Below, in pieces: positions 49,482-58,549 of a DNA stretch of 64,000 nucleotides. The DNA comes from Planctomycetaceae bacterium (GTDB lineage: Bacteria; Planctomycetota; Planctomycetia; Planctomycetales; Planctomycetaceae), in the NCBI GenBank assembly GCA_037445755.1, contig JBBIJW010000023.1, positions 22,351-86,350 on the forward strand. The letters run 5' to 3'. Numbering within the stretch: the stretch's first letter is position 1; each line of letters starts with the position of its first letter. Below the pieces are notes generated by a model. It ran no database searches. It was not told where the DNA came from and worked only from the letters and a program-made list of their open reading frames with translations. A program made the position numbers and the translations under genes.

Positions 49482-52400
49482 ATGACTCCTCGTCTTGCCG
49501 CCGTCCTCCTGGCGGTCACAGCCGTTGGTTTCGGACTCTTCCCCGCTGTGTCCTCGGCCGGCCTGGAAATGGGACTGGCCCGCCGCGACATCACACCCGA
49601 TGCCCCCCTGCGGTTGTCAGGTTATGGGAACCGGGCCGTTCCTTCCCAAGGGGTTGATACTCCTCTTCATGTCCGCGCCCTGGCATTCCGGGAGACCGGC
49701 GGCCCGGTCCATCTCCTGTTGTCGGTCGACACGATCGGCTTCTCGGCCGCCCTGACGCAAGAGGTCCTTCAGGCCGTCGAGGCCCGCCACGGGGTCAGTC
49801 GCGCTCGGCTGGCCATCTGCTGCACGCACTCCCATACCGCACCCCACCTGTCGCGGGGGCTGGACAACCTCTTCTCCACCCCTGTGACGGACGAGGAACG
49901 AACCGCGGCCGCGGCCTATACCGATCGCGTCCGGGATGAGTGCATCGCCGCTGCGGGGGATGCCATCGCTGCCCTCGCTCCCGGGCGGCTGTTTGTCCTC
50001 ACGGGGCGAGCGACTTTCGCCCGTAATCGCCGGGTCCTCAAGGACGGCGTCTGGACCGGCTTCGGAGAGAATCCCGACGGACCGGTCGATCACTCGCTGC
50101 CGGTGCTGGCGATCACGGCGGTCGATGGCCAGACGCTGCGGGGAGTGGTCTTCAACTATGCCTGCCACTGCACGACGTTCGGCGGCGACTACAACCGCGT
50201 CAACGGTGATTGGGCCGGTTATGCCGCTGAATACCTGGAAGCCGCCCACCCCGGAACGATCGCCCTGTGCGCCATTGGCTGCGGAGCGGACCAGAACCCC
50301 GAGCGGGACCCGCAGCGCGCCTTGGACATCGCCCAGATGCAAGGCCGGCAGATTTCCGAGGAAGTGCAGCGGCTGCTGCGGGGCGGAAAGCGAGTGGAAG
50401 TCACCGCCTCACCGCGAGCCTCGTTTGGCTTTGCGGGACTGCCGATCGACCGTCCTTCCGTCGACGATCTGCGGAAGGCACTGGAAGACCGTCGCCCGCA
50501 GGTGCGCCGCCACGCCGAAGTGATGCTCGACATCCACGCCCGCATGGGACGTCTGCCGGAGACCTATCCCATGCCGATCCAGGTCTGGCGGTTCGCCGAC
50601 CAGTTCGCGATGGTCTTTCTGGGCGGGGAGGTCTGCGTGGACTACGCCCATCGCATCCGGCGGGAACTGTTGCCCAAACTCGCCGCGCCGGCCGCGGGGC
50701 AATCCACCGACGAGGGCGCGCCGCAGCCGGTGTGGGTGGCCGCCTATGCCAACGACGTCTTCGGTTACGTCGCCTCCGAACGGATGCGTTCCGAAGGGGG
50801 GTACGAAGTCGACTTCTCCATGATCTACTACCTCCAGCCGGGACGCTGGTCGAGCGGCACGGAGGAGGTGATCCTGCGTCGTGTGCACGAACTGTTCGAG
50901 CAACGCGGCGGTGATGAACCGCTGTCGGTGAATGACGCCCTCCACACGTTCACGCTGCCGGAAGGGTACGAGATCGAACTCGTCGCCGCGGAGCCGCTCG
51001 TCACCGATCCGGTCAACTTCGCCGTGGACGCTCAGGGGCGGCTGTGGGTGGTGGAAATGGGGGACTATCCCCGCGGTGCTCCGGATGCACGGGGCTGGTC
51101 CCCCCCGGCCCTCCCCGGCCACAAGGCCTGGGACAGCGGCGAGCCGGGCGGGCGGATCAAGGTCCTCACCGATACCGACGGCGACGGCCGCTACGATGCC
51201 GCCACAATCTTTCTCGACGGCCTGCGCTTCCCCACCGGCGTCTTCCCCTGGCGCGAAGGCGTCTTGATCTCCTGCGCCCCCGACATCCTGCTGGCCCGCG
51301 ACGACGATGGCGACGGCCGCGCCGATCACCGCACAGTCCTCTTCACCGGATTCGTGGAAGATAACCCCCAGCATCGCATCAACGGCTTCGAGTACGGACT
51401 CGACGGCTGGCTGTATCTCGCCAGCGGCGCGTCGAATGGCCGCGTGACCTCCGTCCCCACGGGGGAGACGGTGGACGTCTCCGGCCGCGACCTCCGCATC
51501 CATCCCGACACCGGCCGCATCGAACCGGTCAGCGGACGCAGCCAGTACGGCCGCTGCCGCGACGACTTCGGGAACTGGTTCGGCAACACCAACAGCGAGC
51601 CGCTGTTTCAGTTCGTGATGGAAGACCGGCAGTTGCGGCGGAATCCGTTCGTGCCGGCTCCGTCGCCGCGAGTCTTTCTCACCGACCCGCCGCGCGCCCC
51701 GCCGGTCTTCCCCACCAGCCGCACCGTCGATCGGTTCAACGACCTGTTTGCGGCCAACCGCTTCACCTCGGCGTGCAGTCCGTGTGTCTTTCGGGATCGA
51801 ACGTTCGCCGCCGCGCACGATCCCGCGGCCGATGCTTGTTCCGTCCTTGTGTGCGAGCCGGTGCACAATCTGGTGAGCCGGCTGGAAGTGCGTCGGACCG
51901 GCCTCGTGTTCTCCGCGGCCAGGGTCCCTTCCGAACAACAGTCGGAGTTTCTCTCGTCGACCGACCCGTGGTTTCGGCCGGTCCGGCTGATGACCGGCCC
52001 CGACGGCTGCCTGTGGGTCTGCGACATGTACCGCCACGTCATCGAGCATCCCCAGTGGATTCCCGAAGCGTGGCAGGCGCGACTCAACCTTTCCGCCGGT
52101 TACGACCGTGGCCGCATCTACCGCGTCCGACCTCGCCAGACGCCCCCGCGACCGATCGACAACCTCGCCGCCATGACCGATGCCGAACTGGTCGCCCAGC
52201 TTGCCGACTCCAACGGCTGGCGGCGGGACACCGCTCAGCGACTGCTGCTGGAGCGGGCTGATCGCACCGATGCCAGCCTCATCAAGGCCGTCCGATCGCT
52301 GGCTGAAATGCATCCCTCCCCCGCGGTGCGCACGCAGGCGCTGTGGACCCTGGTGGGCCTTGTCCCCGAGGCGCGCTCAGACGAGGCCTTGCGCGACCGT

Positions 52401-53837
52401 TTTCTGGCCAGCCACGACCCGGAACTGGTGATCCAGGGTTTGCGTGTCTTTGGATCGGCCGGATCGGCGCGGGGAGCCGCTGTGCTGGTCGATCTGGCGG
52501 CTCATCCCGTTCCACGAGTGCGGTTCGAGACGGTGCTCGCCGTCGGCGACAGTGATGATCCGCAGACGCAACTGCGCGTGCTGAAAACCGCCGCTCTCCA
52601 CGATGTCGCCGATCCCTGGATGCGGGCCGCCCTGTTGAGTTCCGCGTCGCAGGTCGCCGTCCCGCTGCTCCGCGACGTCCTGGCGAACCTCCCCCCTGCT
52701 CCGCAGCGCGAGGCCCTGGTGGAAGGACTGATCGCCACGGCGTTGGGACCTCGTCCCGGACAGGGAGTGGCGGACGTGCTGACGATCCTGGCGCCGGCGG
52801 CCGAGGGGAGTCACGGACAAGCAAGCGAGATCGCCCCCTGGCAGTGGACCGCACTCGCCAGTTGCCTCGACGTTCTGGCGCGGCAGAAACAGACCCTGGC
52901 AACGCTGGAGGCCAGTCCAGAACCTCAGTTGCAAGCGGCCCTGCAGCGGATCGCACCCCTCCTGGACGCCGCCCGGATGCGGGCCACCGATGCCGAGTCC
53001 CCTCTCCCGGTCCGTGTCGCAGCGGTCCGACTGCTCGGCCGCCGCGGGACAGAGGCTCCCGCCGACCGCGAACGTCTCGTCGGCCTGCTCAAGCCGCAGG
53101 AGCCGCCCGAAGTGCAACTGGCCGCAATCGAACGGCTCGCCGACCTCCGCGAATCGGAGCCGCTGCTGCGACATCTCGGCCGGCTCGGACCCCAGCGGCA
53201 AGCGGCGATCGAGTCGGCGCTGCTTCAGCACCGTGAGCTGACGCAACAACTCCTCAGGGCGGTGCGTGCCGGGGAAGTCCCCTCCTCCGCCCTCTCCGCC
53301 GCGACACGTTCCGCACTCCTCAATCACCGTGACGGCAGCGTCCGCGCCCAGGCCGCAGAATTGTTGGGCTCCCTGGAACGCCCTTCCCAGGCGAACGTCA
53401 GCCAGAGAGTGGAACGCGTGGCGGCGCTGGGGGGTGATCTGCAGCGCGGCCAGCAGGTCTTCGAGAAACGGTGCAGCGCCTGTCATCGGCTGCAAGGGAT
53501 CGGGACCGACGTGGGACCGCAGCTTGGGGCGCTCACCAACAAGTCTGCAGAGTACCTCCTGACGGCCATCCTGGACGTCAACCGGTCGGTCGAGCCGCGC
53601 TACCGCAGTTGCACCGTGCTGTTGGTGGACGGCCGCTTGCAGACCGGGCTGGTGGTGGAAGAGACCGCCACGAGCCTGACGCTGGCGACGGCGGACGGCC
53701 GCCAGCACCCCATTCTCCGCCGCGACATCGAGGAACTGGTGCTGTCCGGCCTGTCGTTCATGCCGGAGGGTCTGGAACGAGACCTGTCCGATCAGGACCT
53801 GGCGGACGTCGTGACCTTCGTGCAGCAGGCGCGGTGA
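49482..53837 (+). CDS. multidomain secreted protein: neutral ceramidase-like N-domain + PVC-type dehydrogenase-like beta-propeller + HEAT repeats + cytochrome c
   Basis: Signal peptide MTPRLAAVLLAVTAVGFGLFPAVSSA. Ceramidase-like GLARRDITPDAPLRLSGYGNR. LPEGYEIELVAAEP module. Heme motif CSACH at 53472-53486. Confidence 0.85.
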   Translation: MTPRLAAVLLAVTAVGFGLFPAVSSAGLEMGLARRDITPDAPLRLSGYGNRAVPSQGVDTPLHVRALAFRETGGPVHLLLSVDTIGFSAALTQEVLQAVEARHGVSRARLAICCTHSHTAPHLSRGLDNLFSTPVTDEERTAAAAYTDRVRDECIAAAGDAIAALAPGRLFVLTGRATFARNRRVLKDGVWTGFGENPDGPVDHSLPVLAITAVDGQTLRGVVFNYACHCTTFGGDYNRVNGDWAGYAAEYLEAAHPGTIALCAIGCGADQNPERDPQRALDIAQMQGRQISEEVQRLLRGGKRVEVTASPRASFGFAGLPIDRPSVDDLRKALEDRRPQVRRHAEVMLDIHARMGRLPETYPMPIQVWRFADQFAMVFLGGEVCVDYAHRIRRELLPKLAAPAAGQSTDEGAPQPVWVAAYANDVFGYVASERMRSEGGYEVDFSMIYYLQPGRWSSGTEEVILRRVHELFEQRGGDEPLSVNDALHTFTLPEGYEIELVAAEPLVTDPVNFAVDAQGRLWVVEMGDYPRGAPDARGWSPPALPGHKAWDSGEPGGRIKVLTDTDGDGRYDAATIFLDGLRFPTGVFPWREGVLISCAPDILLARDDDGDGRADHRTVLFTGFVEDNPQHRINGFEYGLDGWLYLASGASNGRVTSVPTGETVDVSGRDLRIHPDTGRIEPVSGRSQYGRCRDDFGNWFGNTNSEPLFQFVMEDRQLRRNPFVPAPSPRVFLTDPPRAPPVFPTSRTVDRFNDLFAANRFTSACSPCVFRDRTFAAAHDPAADACSVLVCEPVHNLVSRLEVRRTGLVFSAARVPSEQQSEFLSSTDPWFRPVRLMTGPDGCLWVCDMYRHVIEHPQWIPEAWQARLNLSAGYDRGRIYRVRPRQTPPRPIDNLAAMTDAELVAQLADSNGWRRDTAQRLLLERADRTDASLIKAVRSLAEMHPSPAVRTQALWTLVGLVPEARSDEALRDRFLASHDPELVIQGLRVFGSAGSARGAAVLVDLAAHPVPRVRFETVLAVGDSDDPQTQLRVLKTAALHDVADPWMRAALLSSASQVAVPLLRDVLANLPPAPQREALVEGLIATALGPRPGQGVADVLTILAPAAEGSHGQASEIAPWQWTALASCLDVLARQKQTLATLEASPEPQLQAALQRIAPLLDAARMRATDAESPLPVRVAAVRLLGRRGTEAPADRERLVGLLKPQEPPEVQLAAIERLADLRESEPLLRHLGRLGPQRQAAIESALLQHRELTQQLLRAVRAGEVPSSALSAATRSALLNHRDGSVRAQAAELLGSLERPSQANVSQRVERVAALGGDLQRGQQVFEKRCSACHRLQGIGTDVGPQLGALTNKSAEYLLTAILDVNRSVEPRYRSCTVLLVDGRLQTGLVVEETATSLTLATADGRQHPILRRDIEELVLSGLSFMPEGLERDLSDQDLADVVTFVQQAR

Positions 53838-53846
53838 CGGCGAGAC

Positions 53847-54740
53847 TCACTCGATGATCCGCACGCGGCGGACCCCCTCGGCATACCAGTCGGCCAGCGG
53901 GCCGCGCTTCAGACTCCGCAGGGCGTTTGCCGCCGTCGCCCGGCGGAGCTCCAGTTCCGCCGTCAGCACCTCCTCGGTGAAGATGCCCGCTTCGGAAAGG
54001 AGATTGCCGTCCGGGGCGATCAGCCGGCTCTGCCCGTGCGAACCGCCTCCGTCGGGATGAGCGGGGGCGTTGGCATGGACGATGTACACGCCGTTCTCCA
54101 CCGCTCGGGCCTGAATCTGCGCGCGATACGGGCCGAGCTTGCTCTCCTGCGTCACGGGGGACTCGTGCGACACGTAGAACACAACCCGGGCGCCGGCCAG
54201 CACCGGCAGCCGCACCAGTTCCGGGTAACGTTCGTCATGGCAGATGATGACGCAGCAAGGGACACCGCAGAGCCGAAAGACCGAGAGGTGGTCTCCCCCC
54301 GTCGGCCACGCTTCGGCGAGTTGCACCTTGTGGTAGCGCTCGACGACGTGGCCCGTCTCATCGATCACCAATGCGGAGTTGTACAGGCGGTCTTCTTCGC
54401 GCCAAGGCGTCCCCACAACGGCGGCGATGCGGAGTTCGCGACAGGCTTCGACCAGGAACTGTTCTGCCGCGGCCAAATCCTCCGCGGTGGTGGCCTGGAT
54501 GACATCCGCGAAGTAGCCGGTGACGGCACATTCGGGGAAGACGGCCACCTGCACGCCGCGCTCGGCGCACTGAGACAAGTGCTGGCGAATCTGCCGCAGG
54601 TTCGCCTCCCGGTCGCGCGTGGAGCGCACCTGCACCGCGGCGACGTGCAGGCTCTCCGGCTGCGGAGCGCCGTCCGCCACGGCCAACGCTCCCCACCCCA
54701 GACTCACACACAACAGGAAGGTCAGCGTGTCGTTCCTCAT
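53847..54740 (-). CDS. carbon-nitrogen hydrolase (nitrilase superfamily), secreted
   Basis: Signal peptide, then VAAVQV ... VAVFPECAVTGY (Glu) ... CCVIICHDERYPE (Cys). Confidence 0.85.
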   Translation of the reverse strand: MRNDTLTFLLCVSLGWGALAVADGAPQPESLHVAAVQVRSTRDREANLRQIRQHLSQCAERGVQVAVFPECAVTGYFADVIQATTAEDLAAAEQFLVEACRELRIAAVVGTPWREEDRLYNSALVIDETGHVVERYHKVQLAEAWPTGGDHLSVFRLCGVPCCVIICHDERYPELVRLPVLAGARVVFYVSHESPVTQESKLGPYRAQIQARAVENGVYIVHANAPAHPDGGGSHGQSRLIAPDGNLLSEAGIFTEEVLTAELELRRATAANALRSLKRGPLADWYAEGVRRVRIIE

Positions 54741-54823
54741 GGCGGCGCCTGCAGGAGGATGCGGCCCGCCGATCAGAATACCGCGCGAGGATGGTCAGGA
54801 AACAGCGACGGGAACGCGCCCTC

Positions 54824-56872
54824 TCATGCGGCGGCTCGGTCTTCATCGGTGCTCTGGAAGAGTCGCCGGTAGACGACGCAGCTTTGCAGCAGTTGCTCGT
54901 GCGTCCCGCTGGCGAGCACCTGGCCGTCGTCCAGGACGACAATCCGGGTGACGAACTGGAGCAGGCTGGGGGTCATGGAGTGCGTGACGAGCAACACGGT
55001 GCGGCCTTGGCAGTAGTTTTGCAGGGCGCGGTGAATCAGCGCGGCGCTCTCGTTGTCGATGGCGGAAGTGGCTTCGTCGAGGATCAGGAGCGCGGGGTTG
55101 CGGACGATGGCCCGAGCCAGCGCGATCCGCTGTCGCTGCCCTCCGGAGAGTTCCTTTCCCCGTTCGCCGATTCGCGTCTGCATTCCCTGCGGGAGGGCGT
55201 CCAAAAGGGGCGTTACGTAGGCCTGATCGGCGGCCTGGCGGACCTGGTCCTCGGTGGCGTGGGGAGCCCCATAAGCGATGTTCTCGTACACCGTCCCGTC
55301 GAACAGCACCGTGTCCTGCGTCACCAGCCCGATCTGTCCGCGCAGGTCCGCCAGCTTGACGGCGTTGATCGGCACGCCGTCGATGCGAATGTCGCCGGAG
55401 TCGCAGTCGTAAAAGCGGGGGAGCAGGTTGACCAGCGTCGACTTGCCGCAGCCGTTCGCCCCTACGATGGCCACCACTTCCCCGGCCTGCACGCGCAGGC
55501 TGAGGTGCTTGAGGACCGGTCCGCGATGCGTGGCCCCCGTCCCGGGAGGATAGGCGAAGGTGACGTTGTTGAATTCTAGGGTGCGGCTGAGCCGCGGCAA
55601 TGGACGCGGACTCTCCGGATCGCGGATTCTCGGCTGCTGATCGATCAGTTCAAACACGCGGTCGATCGACACCCCCGACCGCTTCAGCCGCGAATACACG
55701 TTGGACATCTTCCGGCACGGATCGAGCATCCCCGCCAGCATGGCGTACAACCAGGCCAGATCGGAGATGTCGGGTCGGTGCGCCGCCAGCCGGATGCCCC
55801 CGATGTCCTCGGTGTGATTGAGCACGAGGTACGCGGCCGGCAGCAGGGCCGCAAACAGGGCCAGCATCACCAGCACCTCGGTCGTCGGCTTGGCGATCGA
55901 GTCGATGCGGACCAGCCCCACCGCCTTCTGGAGGTATTCCTTGTACTCGAGATGGAACTGCGTGCGGTGCCGCGACGCCGTCCCGAACGCCAGCACCACT
56001 TTCAACCCCTCGAAGGTCTCTTCCAGGATGCGGTACAGCCGCGACATGCTCTCCGTCATGCGGCGGCTGGCCCGCTTGACGAGCTGGCCGTAGCGGAGAA
56101 AGAAAATCCCCATCAGTGGAGCAAACAGCATCGCCAGCACCGTCAGCCGCCAGTTGATCCACAACGCGATCGCCAGGCAGGCCAGGCACTTGAGCGGCTC
56201 GCGGACCAGCCGCCCGCTGATGAGGTTCATCCCCAAGGCCATCTGTTCGGTGTCGAACGTGAACCGCGACATGAGCTGCGCCGCCCCGTGCGACATCAGC
56301 GCGGGGTAGTCGAGCTGGAGCGTCTTGCGGAACATCTCCTTGCGGACGCTCATCAGCACGATCTGCACCACGCGGCCGACCATCACGTCCTGGACGAAAA
56401 TGAACACCCCTTTGAGAATCGTGGCCACCAGCAGCACCACGAGGATCAGCGTAAACGTCTGAAACTTCTCGCGGGGGACCCACGTCATGACGTGGGTCTG
56501 AATCCAGCGCATCCGCCAGGCCCGGGCGTCCGCTTCGTTCCGTTTGCGCTCGGCGCGGACCATCGCCCCCAGGGCGTCGGCAAGCTGCGGATCGGATCGA
56601 TCCCGCCCCTCCTCCCGATGTTGTTCCACTTCCCGCGCCAGTCGTTCCTGCGTCTCTCCCCACTGAGTCGATTCCAGTTCCGCGCGCTCAATCTCCCCCG
56701 CCACATAGGTGTGCAGGCTCTCTCCCTCCAGCAGCACCTTGACGACCGGGAAGGCCACGGAGAGGTTGGCCCCCCACAACACCGCCACCAGACAGCCGAA
56801 CAGTGTCGAGACGACTAGCGCCCGCCGATGCGGCCACAGATACGGAATCAGACGTGCGTAGCTGCTCCCCAC
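54824..56872 (-). CDS. ABC exporter, fused permease/ATPase (MsbA-like) with a long TM1-TM2 loop
   Basis: Walker A GANGCGKST, signature LSGGQRQRIALARA, and Walker B LLILDEATSA. GTG start. Confidence 0.9.
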   Translation of the reverse strand: MGSSYARLIPYLWPHRRALVVSTLFGCLVAVLWGANLSVAFPVVKVLLEGESLHTYVAGEIERAELESTQWGETQERLAREVEQHREEGRDRSDPQLADALGAMVRAERKRNEADARAWRMRWIQTHVMTWVPREKFQTFTLILVVLLVATILKGVFIFVQDVMVGRVVQIVLMSVRKEMFRKTLQLDYPALMSHGAAQLMSRFTFDTEQMALGMNLISGRLVREPLKCLACLAIALWINWRLTVLAMLFAPLMGIFFLRYGQLVKRASRRMTESMSRLYRILEETFEGLKVVLAFGTASRHRTQFHLEYKEYLQKAVGLVRIDSIAKPTTEVLVMLALFAALLPAAYLVLNHTEDIGGIRLAAHRPDISDLAWLYAMLAGMLDPCRKMSNVYSRLKRSGVSIDRVFELIDQQPRIRDPESPRPLPRLSRTLEFNNVTFAYPPGTGATHRGPVLKHLSLRVQAGEVVAIVGANGCGKSTLVNLLPRFYDCDSGDIRIDGVPINAVKLADLRGQIGLVTQDTVLFDGTVYENIAYGAPHATEDQVRQAADQAYVTPLLDALPQGMQTRIGERGKELSGGQRQRIALARAIVRNPALLILDEATSAIDNESAALIHRALQNYCQGRTVLLVTHSMTPSLLQFVTRIVVLDDGQVLASGTHEQLLQSCVVYRRLFQSTDEDRAAA

Positions 56873-57108
56873 GGCTCCATCCGCTGCTTGAGCCTCTTCA
56901 GTGCTTGTGCAGGGGAGCGCACTCCCGGGTGTGTTTCGGGAGTTCCCCTGCTTTCAGTTCCAACCATCCCGGTCGAAAGGGGCGGGATTAGAGCCGGAAT
57001 CCCCCCCTGTGTCCATGCGAACTTGCCCGGGAAAGTGGGAGAGAAGTGCGGGTCAGAAGAAGATGAAACGCCTGCAGTGCTGATGATCCTGCCAGGCTGA
57101 GGGAAGCG

Positions 57109-58008
57109 TCAGAAAGGGCTGCGCGACGTGAAGAATCCGGCCGGGGAGACCCGAACGCCGCGCCCGAGTTCAGAGATGTACTGCACCAATCGCGCTTCAG
57201 CGGCCGGGAGATCGGCGCCGAGACGCGCGGAAAGGGGCGGAGGTGCTCCTCCGCGGCGTAGCTCGCGCAGATATTGGGAGAGCAACTCCTGTCCGCCCGG
57301 GGCCTCGTGCAACAGGTAATGGACCCAGGCCCAGGCCTCCTGGTAATCCTCCCGGCGCATCTCGACCACTTCTTCCAGGCGTTCCAGCCGACGGAGGTCC
57401 GGCCGCCATCCCGCGGCGGCCGCGTTCGCCAGCGGATCAACGTGCTCGCGATTGAGATGCCGTGAGTCGCTGCTGCCGACCTCGAAATACTCGGCGATTC
57501 CCTCGTCCAGCCAGAGCGGGACCCGGCCGACCGCCGCGTGCAGCAGGCCATGCGTGTACTCGTGCCTCAGGTCGACCATCACCTGCTCGCCCCAGTGGGC
57601 ATAGACGGCCAGTTCGCGGGGGGTGCCGATGAAGAAGGCACGCCGCGCGGGGAGGTTGGGGTGTGTCTCGCGCATGTACCGGGCGTAGCGGTCCCGATCG
57701 GAAAAAAGGTACACGACCACCTCCCGCTCGCCGGGAGGGAGGCTCAGCGTTTCCGTCAGCCGCGTGCGGATTTCCCCCAGTTCCTGGAGAATCTGCTCCT
57801 CCTGTGGGAGTCGCTGGTCGGTGAGGAGCAACACCTGATGACTGCGGACGGCATGGCCGCTGGGAAGCCCCTGGGGGACCGGCTGGCGGGCCGCCGCGCA
57901 ACCCAGCCCTCCCATCAACAGCACCAGGCCGGTGGCGCAGACACGGACAGCAGCGAGCGGCGACGCGCGGCCGCAGTCTGAGCGCCGATCGCCATGCCTC
58001 CCTGCCAT
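57109..58008 (-). CDS. DUF1570-like putative zinc metallopeptidase lipoprotein
   Basis: Lipobox LLMGGLGCAA, HExxH motif HEYTHGLLH, and downstream WLDEGIAEYFE. ATG 58008 is preferred over TTG 58059. Confidence 0.7.
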   Translation of the reverse strand: MAGRHGDRRSDCGRASPLAAVRVCATGLVLLMGGLGCAAARQPVPQGLPSGHAVRSHQVLLLTDQRLPQEEQILQELGEIRTRLTETLSLPPGEREVVVYLFSDRDRYARYMRETHPNLPARRAFFIGTPRELAVYAHWGEQVMVDLRHEYTHGLLHAAVGRVPLWLDEGIAEYFEVGSSDSRHLNREHVDPLANAAAAGWRPDLRRLERLEEVVEMRREDYQEAWAWVHYLLHEAPGGQELLSQYLRELRRGGAPPPLSARLGADLPAAEARLVQYISELGRGVRVSPAGFFTSRSPF

Positions 58009-58549
58009 GCGGCGCGATCCTTTTCTACGGGCCGTTCCGAGGAGGGAGGATGGTCGCAAATGGGACCGCGGCCAGCAAGAGGGATTCGATTCGAGGGCAG
58101 GGAAACTCGAAAGGTCCGCCAGCGGAACAGCGGGTGTGCTCGCTGAGGGGTGAGAGATCGCCGTCTCCGGGAGATTGTCAGGGGGAATGCGGACGGCGTG
58201 TTGATCATCGAACCGGGAACTCCACCCCCACGGGGATCACACCTCTTCTTCCCGCAGACTCCTCGACTTGGATGGGGGGATGCTCCCAGCGGAGAGGTGA
58301 TCGCCGACCGCGAAGAGCAGACCGGCACGGCTGGCAAGCCAGCCGGCGAACCCGGCCGGCGAAACCCAGCCGAAGAAACCCAGCGACGAGCAGGGGATTT
58401 GGCCGATCGCGCACGGCGGGAGCCGGGAGAAGAGTTCCACGGCAGATGGACGCCCATTTCGCGCAAGAGTATGCTGATCTGTTACAACGACGTCGCGGTT
58501 CGTTGCGACCCTTGGCCTCCCCATCCCTCGCACCGAAAAGTACGGAACC

